A stretch of DNA of 64,000 bases from an uncultured Chloroflexia bacterium (GTDB taxonomy: Bacteria; Chloroflexota; Limnocylindria; Limnocylindrales; CSP1-4), in the NCBI GenBank assembly GCA_963752475.1, contig CAVVYR010000008.1, positions 512,001 through 576,000 of the forward strand, read 5' to 3'. A model generated the notes under the pieces. The model was given only the letters and a program-made list of their open reading frames with translations. It was not told where the DNA came from and made no database searches. Every line of letters starts with the position of its first letter. Within the stretch, counting starts at the first letter, position 1. Shown piece after piece: positions 1-11,272 of this stretch. The position numbers were made by a program, and so were the translations under genes.

Positions 1-485
1 GATTGGATCCGCAGACGCGCCGCAGCATCTGGAACTACCTGCTCGAGCTGCGCGAGCGCGAGAACCTGACCATCTTCCTGACCACGCACTACATGGACGA
101 GGCTGAGAACGCCGATCGCATCGCGGTCATCGACCATGGTGAGATCCAGGCGCTCGATACGCCAGTGGGCCTGAAGGCCATGGTCGGGGGCGACCTCGTG
201 ACCGTCGGCGCGGAGGACCTCGACGCTGCAGTCGCGGAGATCAAGGATGGCTTCGGGTTCGAGACGATCCGAGACCATGACGCACTCACGTTCCACGTGG
301 ACGGCGGCGAGGCCTTCCTGCCCGAGTTCGTGCGCGGTTTCAGCCAGCCCATCACCTCCATCGGCCTGCGCAAACCCACCCTCGACGATGTCTTCCTCGA
401 GGTCACCGGCCACGAGATCCGCGACGAGGAGGTCAGCGAGCACGCACAGATGATCCAGAACATGGGACGGGGGCCTCGACACTGA
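1..485 (+). CDS. ABC exporter ATP-binding protein (DrrA-like), 5' truncated by window edge
   Basis: LDPQTRR D-loop end, LTTHYMDEAE H-loop, C-terminal PTLDDVFL; stop overlaps permease start. Confidence 0.9.
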   Translation, partial: LDPQTRRSIWNYLLELRERENLTIFLTTHYMDEAENADRIAVIDHGEIQALDTPVGLKAMVGGDLVTVGAEDLDAAVAEIKDGFGFETIRDHDALTFHVDGGEAFLPEFVRGFSQPITSIGLRKPTLDDVFLEVTGHEIRDEEVSEHAQMIQNMGRGPRH

Positions 486-1285
486 TGCTGCACTCAGAGA
501 CCGTCCGCGGCACCTGGGTCGTGGCCTACCGCGAGCTGCTGCGCTACGTCACCGAACGCTCGCGCATCGTCAGCTCGCTGGCCATGCCTCTGCTCCTGCT
601 GGTCGTCTTCGGCGCCGGATTCACCAACGTCATCGGCGGCATGGCTCCAGGCATCGACTACATCCAGTTCATGTATCCCGGCATCATCGCCATCACCGTC
701 CTCACGACGTCGCTCTTCGCGGGCATCTCGGTCGTATGGGATCGCGAGTACGGCTTCCTGCGCGAGATCCTGGTGGCGCCCATCTCACGGACCGGCATCG
801 TCCTGGGCAAGGCCATCGGGGCCACCATGCAAGCGTCCATCCAGGTCGCGCTGATGCTGATGCTGGCCCCATTGCTGGGCGTGGAGCTGAACCCACGGAT
901 CATCATCGGGCTCATCCCCATGATCATCATCCTTTCCCTGGGCCTCGCCGGGCTGGGCATCTTCATGGCTTCGTTCATGCGCTCGCAGCAGGGCTTCCAG
1001 ACGATGATGCAGATCATCATCTTCCCCCTGATCTTCCTCGCCGGCGTGTTCTTCCCGGTCAACGACGTGCCGGTCTGGATGGAGGTCATCAGCAAGGTCA
1101 ACCCCCTGACCTACGGCGTCGATGCCGTGCGCCAGGTCTTCCTCGGTTCTGAGGCCAGCGCGCTGGGTCTGGGTGTGACCATCGGTGAGCACACCTTCAC
1201 CATGGCCCAGGACATCATGGTCGTGGCGGCCATGACTGCCATCGCCCTGGGCGCGGCCATCTGGGCTTTCAACCGCCAGGAGTAG
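485..1285 (+). CDS. ABC-2 type permease (DrrB-like)
   Basis: 6 TM segments, DREYGFLREILVAP and NPLTYGVDAVR motifs. Confidence 0.9.
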   Translation: MLHSETVRGTWVVAYRELLRYVTERSRIVSSLAMPLLLLVVFGAGFTNVIGGMAPGIDYIQFMYPGIIAITVLTTSLFAGISVVWDREYGFLREILVAPISRTGIVLGKAIGATMQASIQVALMLMLAPLLGVELNPRIIIGLIPMIIILSLGLAGLGIFMASFMRSQQGFQTMMQIIIFPLIFLAGVFFPVNDVPVWMEVISKVNPLTYGVDAVRQVFLGSEASALGLGVTIGEHTFTMAQDIMVVAAMTAIALGAAIWAFNRQE

Positions 1286-1324
1286 GCCGGTTCCGATGGG
1301 CCGGCAGTCGGAGGATCGCTCGGC

Positions 1325-2014
1325 TTGAGCACAGCAGCCCCACATACACCGAGCGTCGAGGAGAAGCCCGAGCCACCGCTCGATTGCGACACGCCCACGT
1401 CCCGCCGCTGGGTCCTGCTGCTGTGGCTGCTTGCGCTGGCCTGGTTGACGATGCTGGCGGTGCCGGCTTTGGCGGACATCGTGCAGCAGGTCGACGACCA
1501 TGTGACGGAGTGGGTGGTCTCGATCGAGCAGGACCTGCTGGTGTCGGTGGCGAAGGCCTTCCGCGCCTTCGGTGGCACGATCGCCAGTGCGATCGTGGTC
1601 GTGGTGGTCGCCGTGCTGCTTGCCTGGCAGCGACGCGGCCCGGCGCTCGTGGTCTGGCTCGCCGCGGTCGGCTTGTCCGAAGTCCTCAACGCCCTCATCA
1701 AGGGCCTCTATGAGCGAGCCAGGCCTCCGCTCAGCGTGGTGGAGGAGACCTCCTACTCGTTCGCCTCCGGCCACTCGCTGACCGCAGCCGTCCTCTCCAT
1801 CACGCTCGTGCTGGTCTTCGTGCCGGCCGGTCCACGCCGCCGCGCCTGGCTCGTCGTGGCCGTCGGCTACGCCTTTCTCATGGCCGCCAGCCGGGTCTAC
1901 ATCCGAGCGCATTGGCTGAGCGACACGCTCGCCGGCGTCACCATCGGTGCGGCCTGTGCGCTCAGCGTGGCCCTCGTGGCCAGCTGGTGGTACGTGCGGG
2001 GCCAGACGTCCTGA
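1325..2014 (+). CDS. PAP2-family membrane phosphatase
   Basis: KxxxxRARP, SFASGH and SRVYIRAHWLSD motifs; start (TTG) uncertain. Confidence 0.88.
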   Translation: MSTAAPHTPSVEEKPEPPLDCDTPTSRRWVLLLWLLALAWLTMLAVPALADIVQQVDDHVTEWVVSIEQDLLVSVAKAFRAFGGTIASAIVVVVVAVLLAWQRRGPALVVWLAAVGLSEVLNALIKGLYERARPPLSVVEETSYSFASGHSLTAAVLSITLVLVFVPAGPRRRAWLVVAVGYAFLMAASRVYIRAHWLSDTLAGVTIGAACALSVALVASWWYVRGQTS

Positions 2015-2048
2015 CGATCCACTGGCGCCGGATCCAGACGTGGAGCAA

Positions 2049-2085
2049 GTACGGCGGCCGACCCTCGCTGGGCCGGCCGCTGTAC
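2049..2085. terminator. Hairpin between convergent genes
   Basis: GTACGGCGGCCG...CGGCCGCTGTAC inverted repeat between PAP2 stop and permease stop. Confidence 0.6.
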
Positions 2086-2118
2086 CGTTCGTCCGTTTCG
2101 GGGCTAGGCCCAGACCGG

Positions 2119-2958
2119 TCAGGCGGCCACGTCGCGCCGCTTGAAGAGATACACGCTCAGGACCAGCGGGATCACGGCCAGGATCGCCAGCAGTGCGGCC
2201 GAGGCCCAGTCCACGCCACTGCCCATCGGGTCGGTGGCGATGAAGTGCTGCCAGGGCGAGAGCCAGGCGAGGTCGTTGATCAATTCGTTCCCGGCCATCG
2301 GCAGGAAGGCCGAGATGGCGTACATGACCACGGCCACGAGCATCGCCAGGAGGATGGCCAGCACACCGCGGCCGCTGACGATCGAGACGACCATGGCGAT
2401 GCCCCCGACGAAGACCGAGATGAGCGTGACCATCAGGTGGATGGCCAACACCTGGTCGAAGCCGATGTCGATGCCCGCGAGCAGGACGCCCACTTGGGTC
2501 AGGATGGCGATGATGGCCGAAGCCAGGACCACGTGGACGACCATGGCCGCGACCTTGTCGACCGCGATGCGCGTGCGACGCGTCGGCGTGGACATGACCA
2601 GGCCCAGCGTGCCGTTCTCCATCTCGCCGCCGAAAGCTCGAGCGGCCGACGAAGCGGCCACGAACATGAGCACGAACGGCACCATGATCGAGTACATCTC
2701 GCCGGTGTACCAGCCGGTCGGCGTAGCCATGTCGACGCCGCCGGCGATGGCGAAGAGCTCTTCGGGCATCTGGGAGAGCATCTCCTCGAGGACATCCTCG
2801 AGAGCGAGATACATCGGGCCCATCAACAGGTTCAAGGCACCCATCGCCAGGCCGGCGATGACGACCAGCAGCATGCGATCGGCGATGGCCTTGGTGAGGG
2901 TGTTGGTGAGGGCGAAGCGCTGCCACGAGCGCACGCCCGGGATGGTGGTGGAGGTCAT
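2119..2958 (-). CDS. ABC-2 transporter permease
   Basis: Multi-TM, GEMENGTLGLVMSTP motif, C-terminal RRDV. Confidence 0.88.
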   Translation of the reverse strand: MTSTTIPGVRSWQRFALTNTLTKAIADRMLLVVIAGLAMGALNLLMGPMYLALEDVLEEMLSQMPEELFAIAGGVDMATPTGWYTGEMYSIMVPFVLMFVAASSAARAFGGEMENGTLGLVMSTPTRRTRIAVDKVAAMVVHVVLASAIIAILTQVGVLLAGIDIGFDQVLAIHLMVTLISVFVGGIAMVVSIVSGRGVLAILLAMLVAVVMYAISAFLPMAGNELINDLAWLSPWQHFIATDPMGSGVDWASAALLAILAVIPLVLSVYLFKRRDVAA

Positions 2959-2962
2959 GGGA

Positions 2963-3763
2963 CTACCCCTTCAGATCCCGGCGGTCGAGCCGATAGGCGC
3001 CTGCGGCGAAGAAGGCCGCGGCGAACCCCAGCGCGATCACCAGCAGCACCGGGTCGAGGCCCTCGTAGAGCGCCTCTGCACCCGAATACAGGTACCAGGG
3101 CGTGAGCTTGGCGACATCCGCCAGCTCCTCGACCACCGGTAGCAGGGTGGTGATGAAGTACGAGATGAGGGCTAGTCCGGCAGCCACGCCGACGCCCAGG
3201 GCGGAGACCCCGGTGGCGGCGCTGACGCCTAGCGAAAGTGCGCCGAACAGCAGCACCAGACCCACCAGCTGGATGGCCGGCGCAAGCTGATCGTGCTGCG
3301 ACATGTCCAGCCCGAAGAGCGCAGCCGAGACCTCGATACCCAGCCACATGCCGGCGATGACGACGATCACGCCGATGACCACGACCGCTGTCTTGGCCAC
3401 CAGGATGGATCGGCGGCGCAGGGGGCTCGAGAGGAGCACCGGCAGCGTCTTGCTCTCCTCCTCGCCGACCGCGGCGCTGGAGCCGAGGCCGATGGCGTAG
3501 GCCAGCAGCACGATGGGCGCCATGATCGAGTACATACCCGCGAGGGCCATGCCGGCAGCGGTGCCGTCCTGCGTGCCGTAGATGCTGGCGAGGGCCTCCG
3601 GGAAGTCCTCCAGCATGGTCACGTAGGCCTCGCCCGAAGTGCTCATGACGGCCACGTACATCGCGGCCAGGAGCCACAGGGCAACGACCGCGATGATGGT
3701 CCAGGTCAGCCAGTCACGGACGGACTTGGTGAAGACGCTTCCGAGCAGGCGGTCACGCAACAT
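2963..3763 (-). CDS. ABC-2 transporter permease
   Basis: Paralog of neighbour: GEEESKTLPVLLSSP, C-terminal RRDL. Confidence 0.88.
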   Translation of the reverse strand: MLRDRLLGSVFTKSVRDWLTWTIIAVVALWLLAAMYVAVMSTSGEAYVTMLEDFPEALASIYGTQDGTAAGMALAGMYSIMAPIVLLAYAIGLGSSAAVGEEESKTLPVLLSSPLRRRSILVAKTAVVVIGVIVVIAGMWLGIEVSAALFGLDMSQHDQLAPAIQLVGLVLLFGALSLGVSAATGVSALGVGVAAGLALISYFITTLLPVVEELADVAKLTPWYLYSGAEALYEGLDPVLLVIALGFAAAFFAAGAYRLDRRDLKG

Positions 3764-4670
3764 CGGGGCCGCCGTTCGTGTAGTAGGTCAGGAAGATCTG
3801 CTCCAGATCGGCTTCGCGGCTGTTGATGTTGACCACGTTGTGATCCAGCGCAGCACGCAGAAGCGCGTTGACCGAGCCCTCGAACGAGACGACCACGGTG
3901 TTGCCGCGAGCCTCGGCTGAGTGCACACCGGCGATGCCCTCGAAGGCGGACTCCTCCACGGGCTCGTCGAACTCGAGGTCGATGCGACGGATGGCCTTGC
4001 GCTTCAGCGCATCGAGCGGCTCCACGACGACGAGGTGACCATGGCGCAGGATGCCCACGCGGTCGGCCACGCGCTCCACCTCGGCCAGGCTGTGGCTCGA
4101 GAGGAAGACGGTGCGGCCGTCCTCGCGGACCTCGCGGATGAGCGCCTGTAGCTCCTGCTGCATCAACGGGTCGAGACCGGTGCTGGGCTCGTCGAGGATG
4201 ATCAGCTCGGACTTGTTCATGAAGCCCTGGATGAGTCCGACCTTCTGTTTGTTGCCGGTCGAGAGGTCGCCGACCTTGCGGGTGAGGTCGACCTCGAGTC
4301 GCTCGGCGAGCTCGTTGACGTAGTCCGTGTCCACGCCACCGCGCAGGTTGGCCAGGTAGGTCAGGTTCTCGGCGCCGGTCAGCTTGGGGTACAACGAGTA
4401 CTCCGATGGCACATACGCCACTCGGCTGCGTACCTCGACCGCGTTGGTGGCCACGTCCAGCCCGAGCACGGTCGCCTTGCCCTCGGTGGGGAAGAGGAAG
4501 TGAAGCAGGCTGCGGATGGTCGTGGTCTTGCCCGCGCCATTGGGTCCAAGGAATCCGAAGACCTCACCGCGCTGGACTTCGAGGTCCAGCCCGACAAGAG
4601 CCTTCACATCCCCGTAGTGCTTGGTCAGCCCCTCGGTCATGATGGGGGCTGCACCGTCGGTCGTCGTCAT
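3753..4670 (-). CDS. ABC transporter ATP-binding protein
   Basis: GPNGAGKT Walker A, LSTGNKQK signature, ILDEPSTGLD, SSH. Confidence 0.95.
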   Translation of the reverse strand: MTTTDGAAPIMTEGLTKHYGDVKALVGLDLEVQRGEVFGFLGPNGAGKTTTIRSLLHFLFPTEGKATVLGLDVATNAVEVRSRVAYVPSEYSLYPKLTGAENLTYLANLRGGVDTDYVNELAERLEVDLTRKVGDLSTGNKQKVGLIQGFMNKSELIILDEPSTGLDPLMQQELQALIREVREDGRTVFLSSHSLAEVERVADRVGILRHGHLVVVEPLDALKRKAIRRIDLEFDEPVEESAFEGIAGVHSAEARGNTVVVSFEGSVNALLRAALDHNVVNINSREADLEQIFLTYYTNGGPDVA

Positions 4671-5149
4671 TCGTCCTCTTTCGTTTCTTCATGTCGTCGG
4701 TCCCAGCGTTCCACGAGCTTGGGGATCTCGGCCGCCCAGAACTCGGAGAACTCGATCAGCTCGGTGAGGCCGTCGGTACGGGTCGCGCCACCGTCGGCCA
4801 AGGTACGTCTGGCCATGTCGGCCAATCGCTCGAAGCCACCGAGCTTCACCACGGTCACCTCGACCCACCAGCTGCTGCGTAGGCGGTAGTAGGTCTTGCG
4901 GTCACCGACACGGTGTCGCTCTTCGATGGCATTCATCGAGAGCAGCAGCCGAGCACTGGAGCTGACCGAGGCTCGACTGATGCCGCTACCGGTCGCGATC
5001 TCGCCGGCGGACTGCTCCGCGGGATCGCAGGCCAGCAGGTAGCCGAACATCTGCCCGGCGGCTCGCGGTACCCCCATGGACGAGAACCAGCGGCCCATGA
5101 ACTCGATCGGGTCAGACGTGCCGGCCACCCCATGTGTGGTATCAGACAT
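4667..5149 (-). CDS. GbsR/MarR-family transcriptional regulator
   Basis: GVPRAAGQMFGYLL, HTH SAGEIA..SRASVS, wing GDRKTYY; heads ABC operon. Confidence 0.85.
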   Translation of the reverse strand: MSDTTHGVAGTSDPIEFMGRWFSSMGVPRAAGQMFGYLLACDPAEQSAGEIATGSGISRASVSSSARLLLSMNAIEERHRVGDRKTYYRLRSSWWVEVTVVKLGGFERLADMARRTLADGGATRTDGLTELIEFSEFWAAEIPKLVERWDRRHEETKEDE

Positions 5150-5183
5150 TACTGAAAGTTCCGTTCATACAGACATCAGCGTA
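5142..5183 (-). promoter_or_regulatory. Putative autoregulatory operators and -10 box of the GbsR-like gene
   Basis: Two pseudo-palindromes TCAGACATTACTGA (5142-5155, over the start codon) and TCCGTTCATACAGA (5160-5173); minus-strand TACGCT at 5178-5183. Confidence 0.5.
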
Positions 5184-5252
5184 TCTCAACGCCATCCACC
5201 GGGTAGTGCCGAACGTCCTGACCGGGCCGCCGTTCTTCCTGACCAGGTCGGA

Positions 5253-6356
5253 CTAGCGGCTGTCCCAGGAGCGCGGATCGCCGCGACGCAGGCCGTAGAT
5301 GATGAAGACCGCGTAGAGGATGAAGGCTACGCCGGTCCATACGCCCGCGGCCTGGCGCACCATCTGCACCTCCGCAAGATCGGCCAGGATGCGCAGCGCG
5401 ACCGAGAAATGCAGCACCGCCAGCGGCACGTAGGCGAAGGGCGTGAAGCCGATGGGGCGCTCGATGACTGCGGGGAAGATGATCGGCGCGTGGCCGAAGA
5501 CCATGGAGAAGACGAAGCCGAGCGCGATCGCGTGCAGGTAGGCGTCATAGCTGAAGCCCGCGAACACCGGCTCGTTGAACAACACCACCGCGCCGCCGAC
5601 CCCGAGCCAGACGTAGCCCGAGAGGAGGCAGGCGGCGACGAACTGCGGCAAGCCAGAGCGGCGGATGGTCAGCAGCGCGATGTCGTAGCGCAGCAGCCAG
5701 ACCGTGAGGGCGACCATGCCCACACCCGAGAGGCGCATACCCAGGCCTTCATCCACGACCATCAAAAGCAGTGCGCCGATATAGGCCGCGACTGCCAGAC
5801 CGAACGTGACCTGCGCCATCTGCCCGTGGGCGCGCAGCTTGGCCAGCTCCAGTCGTTCGCCCACGATCGTGAGCACGAGGAAGGCGATCCACCACGGGGT
5901 CAGGAAGGGGACCGGTCGCTCGGCCAGCCAGGCCAGGTCGGCCAGCATGAGGAAGACCGCGCCCAGCACCATCGTGAGCACGTCGAGGGTGGGGGAGCGG
6001 CGCAGGAAGAAGAGGTTCACCAGCACCAGCACGGCGGCGCCCGCGGCCATCAGCACGATCGCCGGCGTCGTGGCGCCCTGCACCAGCAACACGATGAGCC
6101 CGGCTCCGCCGAGCACGGGCGCCAGATCGGCGAAGGTCCACGTCCGGCCCAGTAGCGTCTTCATGGCCACCGCCCGCTCGAGTGCGATGAGCGTGCCGAA
6201 GACACCGGCGATGAGGATGGGTCCATGGAGCATCACTCGCTCCGCTGCCGGATCGGGCATCGCGATACCGAGGCGGCCGAGCCCCGTGGCGATGCCGATG
6301 ACCATGCCGGCGACGATGAGCGCAAACAACGGCAACTGAAGGAGTGATCGTTTCAC
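5253..6356 (-). CDS. Multi-pass membrane protein, NnrS-like
   Basis: ~12 TM; HGPILIAG..GTLIALERAVA, LTIVGERLEL, YDAYLHAIALGFVFSMVFGHAP; TAGGCT-N6-GTG leaderless start. Confidence 0.65.
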   Translation of the reverse strand: MKRSLLQLPLFALIVAGMVIGIATGLGRLGIAMPDPAAERVMLHGPILIAGVFGTLIALERAVAMKTLLGRTWTFADLAPVLGGAGLIVLLVQGATTPAIVLMAAGAAVLVLVNLFFLRRSPTLDVLTMVLGAVFLMLADLAWLAERPVPFLTPWWIAFLVLTIVGERLELAKLRAHGQMAQVTFGLAVAAYIGALLLMVVDEGLGMRLSGVGMVALTVWLLRYDIALLTIRRSGLPQFVAACLLSGYVWLGVGGAVVLFNEPVFAGFSYDAYLHAIALGFVFSMVFGHAPIIFPAVIERPIGFTPFAYVPLAVLHFSVALRILADLAEVQMVRQAAGVWTGVAFILYAVFIIYGLRRGDPRSWDSR

Positions 6357-6462
6357 AGGACCAGCCTAGGAACGTCGGTCCCTGACGGGCACGTTCAGGC
6401 GGCCCCCGATTCACGTGACGTTCAGCCTGAGCGATCACGCCGCTGTTCCGCGGCGCTCGCCG

Positions 6463-6921
6463 CTACTCCTGGTCGAACCCCCAGTGGACGATGGCGCGGC
6501 GCTCGCCGGTCGCCAGCATCTTCAGGGCGATCGCGTCGACGGGTACGAGCGGCTCCGGCAGCGAGATCAGCGGTGCCCACATGACTCCGCCGCTGTGGAC
6601 GGTCTCCTTCGCCTCCGGCTCGCCTTCCCAGCGAGAGACCGTGAAGTAGAAGTCCACCCGCTGCCCACCATCGCGCTCGTTCTGGCGCCGGTGGATCGTA
6701 CACACGGGCTCCAGGTCCGCCTCCCGGATGCGTACTCCCAGTTCCTCGCCGGCCTCGCGAACCGCGGCCGCGGTCACCGATTCTTCGCGCTCCACGTGAC
6801 CAGCCGCGCTGAACGACCAGTGGCCGTCCATGTAGCCGGTGTTCTGGCGCTGCTGCAGCAGGACCTCGCCATCGCGAACGAGGGCGACGTAGGCGGCGGG
6901 CACGAGCGCGAACCGAGGCAT
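6463..6921 (-). CDS. NUDIX hydrolase
   Basis: Nudix box AGHVEREESVTAAAVREAGEELG, RQNTGYMDG; start trimmed to ATG 6921. Confidence 0.9.
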   Translation of the reverse strand: MPRFALVPAAYVALVRDGEVLLQQRQNTGYMDGHWSFSAAGHVEREESVTAAAVREAGEELGVRIREADLEPVCTIHRRQNERDGGQRVDFYFTVSRWEGEPEAKETVHSGGVMWAPLISLPEPLVPVDAIALKMLATGERRAIVHWGFDQE

Positions 6922-7067
6922 GGTCCCCCAAGGTAACCCGTCAGAGGTGCGGGCCGTGCGGTGCGACGCACCCGGCGATGTCGGCGATGGCGCCGTTCCT
7001 GATGCTCGCGAGGTCGACATGCCAGCGTCGCCGACGCATGCGCGATCGACCGATGGGGTCGAGGGAT

Positions 7068-7143
7068 TGGCGCGCCCAACAGGATTCGAACCTGTGGCCT
7101 TCTGCTCCGGAGGCAGACGCTCTATCCACTGAGCTATGGGCGC
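7068..7143 (-). tRNA. tRNA-Arg(CCG)
   Basis: GCGCCCA acceptor, TCTGC-CTCCGGA-GCAGA anticodon arm, GGTTCGAATCC T-loop, encoded CCA. Confidence 0.97.
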
Positions 7144-7189
7144 GCGGAACACAATTAGACCACACGCCTGGGCCTGTCCACGTCCTCGA

Positions 7190-7412
7190 CCCAGAGGCAG
7201 TGCGGACGCAGCTCGCGGGCATGAAGCAGGAGCGCGACGACTTCGATGCCCTGGTCGGTGTGCAAACGCCGTTCGTGCTGAACCTGGAGCCGCGGAAGAT
7301 GGCCGGCGAGGTCTCGGAAGCCATGTTCTTCGATCTCGGCTACGCCGATGGCGTGGACCCGGCGCCGACAGTGCCCGAGCGCCCGCTGCCCAACGGCACC
7401 CGCGCCGGCTGA
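7190..7412 (+). pseudogene. C-terminal fragment of tRNA-binding (CsaA/YgjH-like OB-fold) protein
   Basis: RTQLAGMKQER..FVLNLEPRKMAGEVSEAMFFD..PNG matches the family C-terminal half; no N-terminal DIRVG half or start before the tRNA. Confidence 0.65.
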
Positions 7413-7591
7413 CGGCCCGGGTCCTCAACCCACCTTGCCCCTGGTCGTAAACTAAAATTAAGAGAGGTCATCAACATTATTTGAGTGTGGGATTTCGACA
7501 GAAATCCTTGACTGGCATCAGCGCCAAGCCTAGTGTGGTCGGACCGACTGTGCGGGGGCACAGCTCCGGTGACACAACGGGGGGAAGGTTC

Positions 7592-8974
7592 ATGAAGAGA
7601 CCACTCGCAGCCGCGCTCGCAGTAGCACTGGCCACTTGCACGGGAGCGATCGCACCGGTCGCGGCCGAGGAACCACAGGCGAACGCCAAGAGTGCCATCC
7701 TGCTCATCGGCGACGGCATGAGCCTGGCGCAACTGTACTCCGCCCAGATCTTCGCCGAAGAAGTGCTTGCGGACACACTCGTGATGCCAGGCATCGCGGA
7801 AACGGCTGTGACGCGGACGCACTCGGCCGATTCGATGGTCACCGACTCCGCCGCGGCAGGGACCGCGCTCCACAGTGGACAGAAGGCAGACAACGGTGCC
7901 ATCAACGTCCTGCCCGATGGCACCTGGGCCTACACGCTCGGACAGGCTGCTCAGGAGGCGGGCAAGTCGGTGGGTGTGCTGAGCACCGCCCGCATCACTC
8001 ACGCGACACCGGCGTCGGTCTACGGCCATGACGCCGACCGCGACATGGAGAACCTCTTCGCGGAGCAGATGGTCGAGTTCCTGCCCGAGGTGGCCCTCGG
8101 TGGTGGCGCCCGCCACTTCCTGCCCGACGGCAAGCGAGACGACGGCCTCGATCTCGTCGATGAGTTGGTCGCTGCCGGCTACACGAACGTGACCGACGCG
8201 GACGAGCTCGCGGCGGTCGACACCGAGAACACCGACTATCTGCTGGGGTTGTTCACCGGCTCTCACATGTCGTACGAGATCGACCGTGTGAACGCCGACA
8301 AGCCCGAACCATCATTGGCCGAGATGACGGCAGTCGCCCTGGACGTCCTGGACAATGACCCCGACGGCTTCTTCGTCTCGATCGAATCCGGCCGCATCGA
8401 CCATGCCTGTCACGACCACGACATCGCTGGCTCGATCTGGGACACGCTCGCCTTCGACGAAGCAGTCGAGGTGGCGCTCGACTACCAGGCCGAGCACCCC
8501 GACGTGCTCGTGATCGCGACAGCCGACCACGAAACGGCCGGCATGTCCCTCGGACACGGCACCGAATACTTCACCACCTTCGAGAGCCTTGCGGACGTGA
8601 CCTGCAGCCTGGCCTCGCTGAGCGACATGATCGGCGATGATCCCGGCAACGCCGTGGCTATCGCCGAAGGCTGTGGGCTGGTCCTGGGCGATGATCACGT
8701 CGCCATGCTGGGCGAACACCCGCCCGAGGCCGAGGAGGTCGAAGGCATGGACCTGGGCTACGCCTACACCTGGGCCCACTACGTGCTCGCGCTGGCCGAG
8801 GCCGAGATGGCCGGTATCGAGTTCGGGCCCTGGGCGCACACCGGTCTGCCGGTGATCACGTACGCCGTTGGACCGGGCGCCGAGATGTTCAACGGCACCA
8901 TCGACAACACCCAGTTGCCTGCCTACGTGGCCGAGGTGACGGGACTGACCATGGAGGCTCCCGCGATGCCGTAG
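7592..8974 (+). CDS. phoA: Secreted alkaline phosphatase
   Basis: Signal peptide, IGDGM, VTDSAAAGTA, THATPA, ESGRIDHACH, TADHET. Confidence 0.95.
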   Translation: MKRPLAAALAVALATCTGAIAPVAAEEPQANAKSAILLIGDGMSLAQLYSAQIFAEEVLADTLVMPGIAETAVTRTHSADSMVTDSAAAGTALHSGQKADNGAINVLPDGTWAYTLGQAAQEAGKSVGVLSTARITHATPASVYGHDADRDMENLFAEQMVEFLPEVALGGGARHFLPDGKRDDGLDLVDELVAAGYTNVTDADELAAVDTENTDYLLGLFTGSHMSYEIDRVNADKPEPSLAEMTAVALDVLDNDPDGFFVSIESGRIDHACHDHDIAGSIWDTLAFDEAVEVALDYQAEHPDVLVIATADHETAGMSLGHGTEYFTTFESLADVTCSLASLSDMIGDDPGNAVAIAEGCGLVLGDDHVAMLGEHPPEAEEVEGMDLGYAYTWAHYVLALAEAEMAGIEFGPWAHTGLPVITYAVGPGAEMFNGTIDNTQLPAYVAEVTGLTMEAPAMP

Positions 8975-8994
8975 GCCTCGACCACAGCACCGAG

Positions 8995-9027
8995 CAGAGG
9001 GGCAGCCGTGTGACGGCTGCCCCTCTG
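8995..9027 (+). terminator. Terminator-like hairpin after phoA
   Basis: 15-bp perfect stem CAGAGGGGCAGCCGT/ACGGCTGCCCCTCTG. Confidence 0.75.
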
Positions 9028-9100
9028 TCGTAGGCCGCTATCGAACGCCCTGTCCTCGGTGGGCGTTCGCCGCGCTACCCTTACGGTGTAAACTCGAACC

Positions 9101-9569
9101 ATGGGAACCATCATCGCGCTCCTCGGAGCGTTGCTCATCGGCCTGGTCGCGATCGCGGGCGTCCTCTTCGGAGGGATGCGTGCGCACTGGCCGCCGGCCA
9201 CGGAGGCCGTCCGCCGGCTGACGATGCTTCTGAACAAGGGCCAGTCGGGTGCCGGAGGACCGGGTTCGAGCTACGGCAAGCTCCGGCACATCGGCCGCAG
9301 GTCCGGCAAGAGCTACGAGACTCCGCTGGGTATCGAGCGCACCGAAGACGGCTTCGTCATCGCCATCGTGTACGGGGAGAAGACCCAGTGGGCCAAGAAC
9401 GTGCTCGCCGCCGGCAGTGCCGAGATCGTGCTCGAGGGCGAGACCTACCCCGTCGAGCGGCCGGAGATCGTGCCCATCGAGGAAGCCAACGCCTACATCC
9501 CCGAGCGCGACCAGCGCATGTCCAGCCTCGTCGGTGTGACCGAGGCGCTGCGGCTCTACCATGCGGAGC

Positions 9570-9577
<8 letters not shown>
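9101..9577 (+). CDS. Nitroreductase-family deazaflavin (F420)-dependent oxidoreductase with N-terminal TM
   Basis: [16 protein letters not shown] and [15 protein letters not shown] motifs. Confidence 0.8.
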
Positions 9578-10976
<1,399 letters not shown>

Positions 10977-11075
10977 GTCAGTCGGCTTGCCATCATCGGC
11001 ATGTGCCGCCAGGTCTGCCCGGAGGTCGTCGAGGGAAAGAGGGGACGGTGTCATCAGAAGACGCCCCCAGAATCG

Positions 11076-11105
11076 AAGCGACCCCGTCGAAACGGGGTCG
11101 CTTTT
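11076..11105. terminator. Intrinsic terminator (fumC on +, possibly bidirectional)
   Basis: 12-bp stem AAGCGACCCCGT/ACGGGGTCGCTT, T tail on +, UUCG loop on -. Confidence 0.8.
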
Positions 11106-11272
11106 AACTGTCCCGGCTGATCCGGAGCGAACTCCGGGTCTTCTGCCACGTCGCAAGGGCATCTATGACGCCGGCTTCACCGGCTACCCTAACCCAACCT
11201 ACCCATGACCTTGCGTCTAGGTCAGTAGTGCTGTCGAGCAGCACGGGGACGATAGTAAGCGCATACACCCCC
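11093..11272 (-). ncRNA. Structured non-coding RNA, 6S RNA-like candidate
   Basis: End pairing GTCCC/GGGAC, GCTG/CAGC, CGCTT/AAGCG; inner stem CGCAAGG/CCTTGCG; CCGGAG-TTCG-CTCCGG hairpin; no credible ORF; boundaries approximate. Confidence 0.55.

Noticed and set aside
785-2926. 713-aa minus-strand ORF and many similar long overlapping ORFs (e.g. 14950-16680, 21243-22880, 34008-35414)
   Set aside because: Shadow or off-frame ORFs typical of high-GC DNA; low-complexity Arg/Gly/Ala text overlapping genes with clear motifs.
7445-7490. PHO box upstream of alkaline phosphatase
   Set aside because: AT-rich, but no convincing 11-bp direct repeat.
11187-11204. Telomerase-template interpretation of CCCTAACCC
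   Set aside because: Single short match with no reverse transcriptase or repeat array in the window.
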